From: an uncultured Candidatus Nitrosotenuis sp.
GTDB taxonomy: Archaea; Thermoproteota; Nitrososphaeria; Nitrososphaerales; Nitrosopumilaceae
DNA length: 40,000 bases
Direction: 5' to 3'
Assembly (NCBI GenBank): GCA_964616415.1
Contig: CAZTUP010000006.1
Coordinates: forward strand, 155,129-195,128
This document shows, in pieces, positions 33,798 through 40,000 of the stretch (the first letter of the stretch is position 1; each line of letters begins with the position of its first letter). The position numbers were made by a program, and so were the translations under genes. The notes beneath the pieces were generated by a model that was not told the DNA's origin, ran no database searches, and saw only the letters and a list, made by a program, of their open reading frames with translations.

Positions 33798-35226
33798 GGT
33801 AAAAGAAAATTGTGGTGTAGTTGGGATTTTCAGTCGTGATGGCTCTAATGTCATACCTATGGTAATTGATGCACTACGTGCATTACAACATCGTGGACAA
33901 GAGGCTTGGGGAATTGCAGTGCCAAACAAAACACCAGTTAAGCGACTTGGATTGGTATCTGGAGCATCATCAGAATTTCAAAAAATAACTGATGACTATG
34001 CGTCACCTGCAGCAATAGGACATGTCAGATATTCAACTGTTGGTAGAAGCAGCTTAGAAAACGCTCAACCGCTTAAGGTAAAGGATCTGTGTATTGCGCA
34101 CAATGGTACCATTGCAAATGTTGCGGAATTGGCAAACATGGTTGGCGGATGTACATTCACTCCTCAAAGCTCAAGTGATACCATGGTTGCAGCACAGCGT
34201 CTGGTCTCACTCATGTCTACTAATGGAAAGTTGGGCTCTGCACTATCTATACTAAAAAATGAGATGGCAGGCTCGTATTGTTTTACCTTTGTATCTGATG
34301 ATAACGCAGTTTATGCCGCACGTGATCCAAGAGGATTCAGGCCAATGGTTTTGGGCTCTAAAGAAGAAGGACAGGTCTCTATCGTCGCATCAGAGTCGTC
34401 TGCAATATCTGCAATTGGCGCAAAGCTGGTACGCGATGTGGTTCCAGGCGAGCTACTAAAATTCAGCAAGTCAGGCATGGAAACTGAAATGTTTTCTGAG
34501 CCAAAACAACGAGCGCACTGTTCGTTTGAATTTACATATTTTGCGCACCCATCATCAAAGATGGAGGGAACAAACATCTATGTTGCAAGAAAACGAATCG
34601 GGCAATTCTTGGCAAAAAAATTTCCAATTACTGATGCTGATCTAGTAATACCAGTTCCTGACTCTGCAAGACCTGCAGCATTGGGTTATGCGCAGGAATT
34701 AAAATTACAATTCGATGAAGGATTGCTCAAAGACAGATATAGCAAGAAGGGGCCACTGCGCAGCTTTATTGAACCACATCAATCCGACCGAGTTGAAATC
34801 AATCGATGGATAATACCAATCACCGAAATCATAACTGGAAAACACGTGATCATAATAGATGATAGTTTAGTACGTGGTACAAGCTCAAAGGCAATCATAA
34901 AAGCCCTACGACGAGCAGGTGCAAGAAAAATCAGCATGCTAATAACATATCCACCGATAAAATACCCATGTTATGCTGGTATTGACTTTCCATCACAAGA
35001 AGAGCTTGCAACTGGCGCTAACCAAAACGGAACTGATGCAGAAATCATTGAAAAGATTCGTAGTGATATTGGTGCTGACTTTTTAGGATACAATGATGCA
35101 CAAAATCTGGCCGCTGCAGTAGGCATCCCACATGATTCACTATGTTTTACCTGCACTACTGGAAACTATGACACACTTGGCATAAAGCCAACCTTCAAAA
35201 CAAGAGAAGAGATGAAGGGCGAATAA
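33790..35226 (+). CDS. purF: Amidophosphoribosyltransferase
   Basis: 478 aa. 'NCGVVGIF' carries the N-terminal nucleophile Cys. The PRPP loop is 'VIIIDDSLVRGTSS'. Confidence 0.93.
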   Translation: MVKVKENCGVVGIFSRDGSNVIPMVIDALRALQHRGQEAWGIAVPNKTPVKRLGLVSGASSEFQKITDDYASPAAIGHVRYSTVGRSSLENAQPLKVKDLCIAHNGTIANVAELANMVGGCTFTPQSSSDTMVAAQRLVSLMSTNGKLGSALSILKNEMAGSYCFTFVSDDNAVYAARDPRGFRPMVLGSKEEGQVSIVASESSAISAIGAKLVRDVVPGELLKFSKSGMETEMFSEPKQRAHCSFEFTYFAHPSSKMEGTNIYVARKRIGQFLAKKFPITDADLVIPVPDSARPAALGYAQELKLQFDEGLLKDRYSKKGPLRSFIEPHQSDRVEINRWIIPITEIITGKHVIIIDDSLVRGTSSKAIIKALRRAGARKISMLITYPPIKYPCYAGIDFPSQEELATGANQNGTDAEIIEKIRSDIGADFLGYNDAQNLAAAVGIPHDSLCFTCTTGNYDTLGIKPTFKTREEMKGE

Positions 35227-35228
35227 TA

Positions 35229-35474
35229 ATGGAAATTGCTTTTGTTCTGGTGAAATGTGAAACTGCGCATGAAATGGATGTAATGCGAGACTTGCTCAAA
35301 ATTGATGGAGTAAAGGAGGCACACGGGACATATGGTATGTATGATATTTTTGTTAAGGTTGTAGGTCCTAACCACAAACACGTATCAGATATCATAACAA
35401 AGCAAATCCGAAAAACAAACAATGTTCTATCTACTACAACATTGTCCACAATACCTGAACAAGGCGGAAAATAA
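35229..35474 (+). CDS. Stand-alone Lrp/AsnC-type ligand-binding (RAM) domain protein
   Basis: 81 aa. 'AFVLVKCETAHEMDVMRDLLKIDGVKEAHGTYGMYDIFVKV' is typical of the RAM-domain fold. There is no HTH. Confidence 0.65.
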   Translation: MEIAFVLVKCETAHEMDVMRDLLKIDGVKEAHGTYGMYDIFVKVVGPNHKHVSDIITKQIRKTNNVLSTTTLSTIPEQGGK

Positions 35475-35501
35475 TCTTAATAGCCAGATTTACCATTATG
35501 G

Positions 35502-35892
35502 TGTGGTGGCAGCATACAAGTTTTTCATAATTGCAGGTGTTGCAATAATTGGCATAATTGGTGCAGTTCTTGGTCTTTCATTAACGAAAGGAACCATTGC
35601 AACACAAGATTATGAAATTGATGTCGACCCGTTCAAAGATCCACAAAACCTCTTTGTCACTGCACGAGTAATGATTCAAAACACTGGCGCAAAGCCACTC
35701 ACTAACGTGGTAGTGAATTTTGGGAATGGACAATCTCAACCGCTTGGGACCTTAGATCCTGGCAAAAAAGTAATTCTTTCACCACCGCAAGATAACTCAC
35801 TAGATCAAGTTGTAGTTACTGCGGACAATGGGATTGCTGTGATTAAGGAGTACCGAGTTCCACCAAAAATGCCTGGAATGATGGGCAGCTAA
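35502..35892 (+). CDS. Membrane-anchored hypothetical protein
   Basis: The start is trimmed to the GTG at 35502 to avoid a 53-nt overlap. It has an N-terminal TM 'FFIIAGVAIIGIIGAVLGLSL'. The start is uncertain. Confidence 0.5.
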
Positions 35893-36095
35893 GTCCAATC
35901 TTTTTTGTCTTTTTTCCGGATTTGTACATCGTCGACATAAACTTGGTCTTCATAATCAAACACGGTGTGCCATTTTTTATCATGCGGTAACATTTTGTCT
36001 AACTCTTTGACGTTCTTGTTTGTTGGGTATTTGTTGGTGAGTGCACCCCATTTCATGTTTGGTATTTTTGGCATTATTTCGTTGATGTCGCGCAT
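35889..36095 (-). CDS. Hypothetical small protein
   Basis: The likely start is the ATG at 36095 ('MRDINEIMPKIPNMKWG...'). The track ORF extends to a TTG at 36155. Confidence 0.4.
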   Translation of the reverse strand: MRDINEIMPKIPNMKWGALTNKYPTNKNVKELDKMLPHDKKWHTVFDYEDQVYVDDVQIRKKDKKDWT

Positions 36096-36179
36096 GATAC
36101 ACAAATAAAAAATTGCATTGATAAATTTTTGTGTGATGAGAATGGGAATAATCAAACACGGTGTGCCAAAATCACTGGA

Positions 36180-37451
36180 TTAAGATCTTTTCCGCTTTAA
36201 TGCAAATCCTATGATTATTGCTGCAATTGCAGCACCTATTGCAATTACGATATATTGGATTGGTAGTTCTTCTTTTATTGGAGTTTCTGGTGTTTGCTCT
36301 ATTGGTGTGGATGGGGATATTCGATAAATTGCACCATCTGATAATGAAACAATGTACAAAAGTCCGTCAGGGCCTAGTTCGATATCTGTAGTGCAGCCAA
36401 ATCCACTGCCAAGCAAAATTTCATCCATTGGTTCGTCTACATTTAGTACCAAATCTGATAGTTCTGGAGAATTAAATACAAAACCTGTTCGTTCCGGATT
36501 TAATGTAAACCAGTAAAGATTCCCATTATTGCAATCGCTCACAAAGACTTTGTTTGGATATCCAATCTCTTCTGTTCCAAATGCAATTCCTGTTGGTGCA
36601 ACTGGTCTTTGCCAGCTGAACTCTGGATCACTGTATGCATAGTTTTGATACTTTGGAAGTGAATCTACTTTGGTCTGATTGTTTGCAGGGCCCATAATTT
36701 CAACCCAACCACTGTTAAAATTCTCTGGAACAAAATTGACTTCATCGAACTCATCATCACCGTTTTCAGTATCCCAAAGATTTCCAGTTAGAGGATCTAC
36801 TGCTATGCCAAAGCTATTCCTTATGCCCATCGCGTAATATGGGCCTGGTGGGTCTATGCGCAATATGACACTGGTATCGTTTTTCCACTCAAATGGTCTA
36901 TTTTGCAAGATTCCGTAATTTCCATTATCACCAATCACTGCATAAACCTGATTATCAAAGTTCGTCATGGCACCACCATTGTGGTAAAAGTTGTCACTTG
37001 GTAATGTCTTTAACAAAATTGGATCAACGAGATTGCTCCCATCCCAAGTGTATTTGTAAATTCTATTCTCGATTGCTTTTCCTGCATCAGCATCTGCAGC
37101 TGTAAAATAAAGATACACTGTATTTCCAGACGATGTGATTCCAAGCATTCCACGTTCTCCGTCTTTTGCAACGGATACATCCAAGACAGGCCATGGCTGT
37201 AACTGCCCATCTTTAATCAATCTAACCAGTCCTGTATATCGCTCCAAAACCAAAATATCGTCTCCTACAAACGTCATGGTGGTTGGACTGTTTGGTATTC
37301 CTTCTTTAACAAAACGTTCTACGGTCAGACTTTGATCATACAGTTTTGGTCCATCTGATCCCCCATCTGAGGCATTGCTTGCCAATGAAGGCAAAAATGA
37401 TACTGTGATACACAATATTAGAAAAACTGCTTTCATGGCAAGTCTACTCAT
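36180..37451 (-). CDS. PQQ-dependent (soluble glucose/sorbosone dehydrogenase-like) beta-propeller protein with signal peptide and C-terminal TM anchor
   Basis: 423 aa. It has 'DGERGMLGI' and 'YAMGIRNSFGIAVDPLTGNLWDTENGDDEFDEVN' (compare GxRNxxGxxxdPxtGxLWxxExGpxxxDEiN). The C-terminal anchor is 'IVIAIGAAIAAIIIGFALKRKRS'. Confidence 0.75.
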   Translation of the reverse strand: MSRLAMKAVFLILCITVSFLPSLASNASDGGSDGPKLYDQSLTVERFVKEGIPNSPTTMTFVGDDILVLERYTGLVRLIKDGQLQPWPVLDVSVAKDGERGMLGITSSGNTVYLYFTAADADAGKAIENRIYKYTWDGSNLVDPILLKTLPSDNFYHNGGAMTNFDNQVYAVIGDNGNYGILQNRPFEWKNDTSVILRIDPPGPYYAMGIRNSFGIAVDPLTGNLWDTENGDDEFDEVNFVPENFNSGWVEIMGPANNQTKVDSLPKYQNYAYSDPEFSWQRPVAPTGIAFGTEEIGYPNKVFVSDCNNGNLYWFTLNPERTGFVFNSPELSDLVLNVDEPMDEILLGSGFGCTTDIELGPDGLLYIVSLSDGAIYRISPSTPIEQTPETPIKEELPIQYIVIAIGAAIAAIIIGFALKRKRS

Positions 37452-37518
37452 ATCATGATTAAAAATCCACTCAAAAATTGTTATAATTGGCTATTCTGGG
37501 ATCATATTTGAGTAATAA

Positions 37519-38343
37519 TTGAAATTCATAGGTTCTGGTAAGGTAAAAGACGTCTATGATGTGGGGGATGGAACGCTACTTTTCAAGTTCAGCGATAGGG
37601 TCTCTGCATATGATGTAAAATTCCATGATCCAATTCCACGCAAAGGTGAAGCGCTTACCAGATTTGCAGAATTCTGGTTTAACAAATTACCAGTTAAGAA
37701 TCATTTTGTAAAATCAGTCTCTGGAAATGAAATCATTGTCAAAAAAATGCAAATGATTCCAGTTGAATGTGTTGTGAGAGGTTATTTTTATGGCAGTTTG
37801 ATTTCACGTTGGAAATCCGGTGAAGTAACAATTCCTGAAGGAAGCAAAACAGAAATTGCCGCAAAACTATCCAGACCAATTTTTGATCCTACTACCAAGT
37901 CTGAACATGATGAACCAATAAACAAGCAAATTGCACTAGAACGCAAACTAGTAACTGAAAGTGAATATCAATTCCTAGAGACAACCTCACTTGAGATTTA
38001 CAATCAAATGTATCAAATTGCAGATGCTGCAGGATTTATTCTGGCAGATCTAAAATTGGAGTTTGGTAAACTCGATAGTGTCATAACACTTGGAGATTCA
38101 ATCGGACCTGATGAATATCGAATGTGGCCAAAAGAAACCTATGCTGTAGGAAAAATCCAAGAGTCATATGACAAACAAATTTTGCGTGACTGGCTTACTG
38201 CAAATGGATATCAAAAACAATTTGAAGATGCAAGAAAGCAAGGACAAGAACCGGTTGCACCGTCAATACCATCCGAAATAATTCAAAAGATGTCCAGCAG
38301 ATACATTGATTCTTACAAGTTGATCACTGGCAACAACCTTTAG
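37519..38343 (+). CDS. purC: Phosphoribosylaminoimidazole-succinocarboxamide (SAICAR) synthase
   Basis: 274 aa with a TTG start. It has 'GSGKVKDVYD', 'FSDRVSAYD' and 'LADLKLEFG'. Confidence 0.9.
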   Translation: MKFIGSGKVKDVYDVGDGTLLFKFSDRVSAYDVKFHDPIPRKGEALTRFAEFWFNKLPVKNHFVKSVSGNEIIVKKMQMIPVECVVRGYFYGSLISRWKSGEVTIPEGSKTEIAAKLSRPIFDPTTKSEHDEPINKQIALERKLVTESEYQFLETTSLEIYNQMYQIADAAGFILADLKLEFGKLDSVITLGDSIGPDEYRMWPKETYAVGKIQESYDKQILRDWLTANGYQKQFEDARKQGQEPVAPSIPSEIIQKMSSRYIDSYKLITGNNL

Positions 38344-38647
38344 GCATAGATTTTCATTTTCAACTCGAATCCAAAGTTGGAGCGGATGGTATTTACTGTT
38401 TTTACACGTGTTATGGGTCTAATGTTTTCAGAGCTGTCAAAATTTTAGTTTTTTTCAAATTATTGGTTTTGATACTACTTATGTAATTGCACTACTAATT
38501 TTATGTCACCACAACTATATTTTTAGTAGTAAAAGAGCTCAAATCAGTTTTACTATGATTTTTTTCGTAGTGTAAAAAAGTTAATGCGATTGGACAAAAA
38601 AATATGATGCTCGGATCTTTTAGCTAAACTCATTAGAAGCAAACATC

Positions 38648-39169
38648 ATGTCAACATTACTAGAAAAACCAATTCGAGTCAACCGAGTTGTAACAATCTC
38701 AGTTGAACACGCTAAAGCACTTGAGGACCCAGCAAGGGCAAAAATTGTAGAGATGCTGTATCACAAACGTCTCACTACAGAACAAATAGGAAAAGAGCTA
38801 CAAAAAAGCGGACACAATAAAGCAATCACGACAATTCGACATCATTTGGATATTCTAAAGGAAGCCGGTCTGATTGAAATTGTAAAGATTGAAGAAGTAA
38901 GAGGAGCAATTGCAAAATTCTATGGCACATCAATTAAGCTGATCTCAAATCAATCATCAAAAGATTTTGATTCAAAATATTCTTCGATGATAAAGACTAC
39001 GTCAGTAAAAATTGAGAAAATTCTGGAAGGCATCGCAAAAAAACCAGGACTGCAAAAAAAATCCGAATCGTCTTACAACGAATTTGTAATGACTGAAATT
39101 GTAAACCGTGCAATGGCAAATGTTCTAGAAAACAAAGACTTTACAGTTGGTCAAAAAAAGATCAAGTAA
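38648..39169 (+). CDS. ArsR-family winged-helix transcriptional regulator
   Basis: 173 aa with 'ALEDPARAKIVEMLYHKRLTTEQIGKEL...ITTIRHHLDILKEAGLIE'. Confidence 0.75.
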   Translation: MSTLLEKPIRVNRVVTISVEHAKALEDPARAKIVEMLYHKRLTTEQIGKELQKSGHNKAITTIRHHLDILKEAGLIEIVKIEEVRGAIAKFYGTSIKLISNQSSKDFDSKYSSMIKTTSVKIEKILEGIAKKPGLQKKSESSYNEFVMTEIVNRAMANVLENKDFTVGQKKIK

Positions 39170-39578
39170 CTTCTATTACAAACAATCCTTTTGTTTTTGG
39201 ATTCTGTAATTTTTTTATCATTTCACGTGGTATGTCATCTGATGCCTTGTCGCATCCGATCGCAAGCGTCCGTGGACACAAAAAATTACTTTTTCTAATC
39301 ACTATATCATGAGGATTCTCAAGCTTCAGATCTTGATGACCTTTTCCAGTAATCTCAAATCTCTCATCATCAACCAAAATTGTAATTGTGATCTGTGAAT
39401 CTGATCGTCTCAATTTTTCTTTTAGATCTTGCGGAATTTTCTTACACCCATATTCAGCACTAACTCCGATTATGCAATCACCCTGTATGGTTAGATCGGG
39501 CTCGGTTGTGATCTCTATTGTTCTTGTGTGATGTGCTCGTACATTTGCATGACCAGAAAATGGAATCTCAAATCGCAC
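39162..39578 (-). CDS. DUF371-domain protein
   Basis: 138 aa. 'FSGHANVRAHHTRTIEITTEPDLTIQGDCIIGV' matches the remembered DUF371 signature. Confidence 0.6.
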   Translation of the reverse strand: MRFEIPFSGHANVRAHHTRTIEITTEPDLTIQGDCIIGVSAEYGCKKIPQDLKEKLRRSDSQITITILVDDERFEITGKGHQDLKLENPHDIVIRKSNFLCPRTLAIGCDKASDDIPREMIKKLQNPKTKGLFVIEVT

Positions 39579-39630
39579 GAATCACGCATGACTAGACTTA
39601 AATTAAACTTTCAAAGACTTCAAAGCAGAA

Positions 39631-40000
39631 TTGCTTCCTTCTCAACAAGGCTATGATAGAGCTATTACAATATTTTCGCCCGATGGTAGATTGTATCAAG
39701 TAGAATATGCAATCGAAACAGTACGACGTGGAGCTATCGCAGTTGGAATCAAAAGCAAAGATGGTGTGGTGATGGCAGTGGAGGAAAAACCACGCAAATT
39801 ACAAATTTCAGAATCAGCTCACAAAATTTTCCAAATTGATGAACATATTGGATTTGCAGCAGCAGGATACATACCAGATGCAAGAAGTCAAGCAGACAAT
39901 GCAAGATTCTTCTCACAAAGCAATAGGATCATCTATGATGAAGCAGTAGATGTTGAAACTGTAGCAAAACATCTTGCAGACCAATGCCAACAATATACAC
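39631..40000 (+). CDS. psmA: Proteasome subunit alpha (3' end beyond window)
   Basis: Hand translation from TTG 39631 gives (M)LPSQQGYDRAITIFSPDGRLYQVEYAIETVRRGAIAVGIKSKDGVVMAVEEK... An in-frame stop lies at 39604-39606 upstream. The ORF runs off the window, so it is absent from the track. Confidence 0.9.
   Translation, partial: MLPSQQGYDRAITIFSPDGRLYQVEYAIETVRRGAIAVGIKSKDGVVMAVEEKPRKLQISESAHKIFQIDEHIGFAAAGYIPDARSQADNARFFSQSNRIIYDEAVDVETVAKHLADQCQQYT

Noticed and set aside
38350-38400. tRNA-like T-arm ('caactcgaatccaaagttg') in the 300-bp gap upstream of the ArsR gene
   Set aside because: The loop would be 9 nt rather than 7. No acceptor, D or anticodon arms can be built around it and there is no GTTC. 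It is most likely a chance hairpin in a promoter or 3'-UTR region.

Overview
This is an AT-rich archaeal chromosome segment. Gene content suggests a Nitrosopumilus-like ammonia-oxidising thaumarchaeon: aEF-2, archaeal PurP, proteasome alpha subunit, TatAC, frequent TTG/GTG starts. That assignment is an inference, not a database hit. Most of the window is housekeeping: a split purine-biosynthesis cluster (purP, purS-purQ-purL-purF, purC), ubiX, tatA/tatC, msrA, and several secreted or surface proteins including an 8x FN3 giant. The exception is 3.1-12.1 kb. An ~8.4 kb casposon (3125-11553) sits exactly at the aEF-2 stop codon. It is bounded by perfect 56-bp terminal inverted repeats and a duplicated copy of the aEF-2 3' end. 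It encodes a Cas1 casposase and a protein-primed-type family B DNA polymerase, with no Cas2 or CRISPR array. It is followed by a decayed, inverted remnant of a second related casposon (degenerate TIR, small membrane protein, 32-codon cas1 fragment). The most interesting content is the cargo at the casposon's left end. It is a tightly coupled three-gene operon encoding a single-domain multiubiquitin-type Ubl, a ThiF/E1-like adenylyltransferase with a long N-terminal extension, and a Cys-rich DUF6527-type protein. This looks like a ubiquitination-like conjugation module, with no recognisable deubiquitinase, carried on a self-synthesising transposon in an archaeon. No tRNA, rRNA or CRISPR array was seen.
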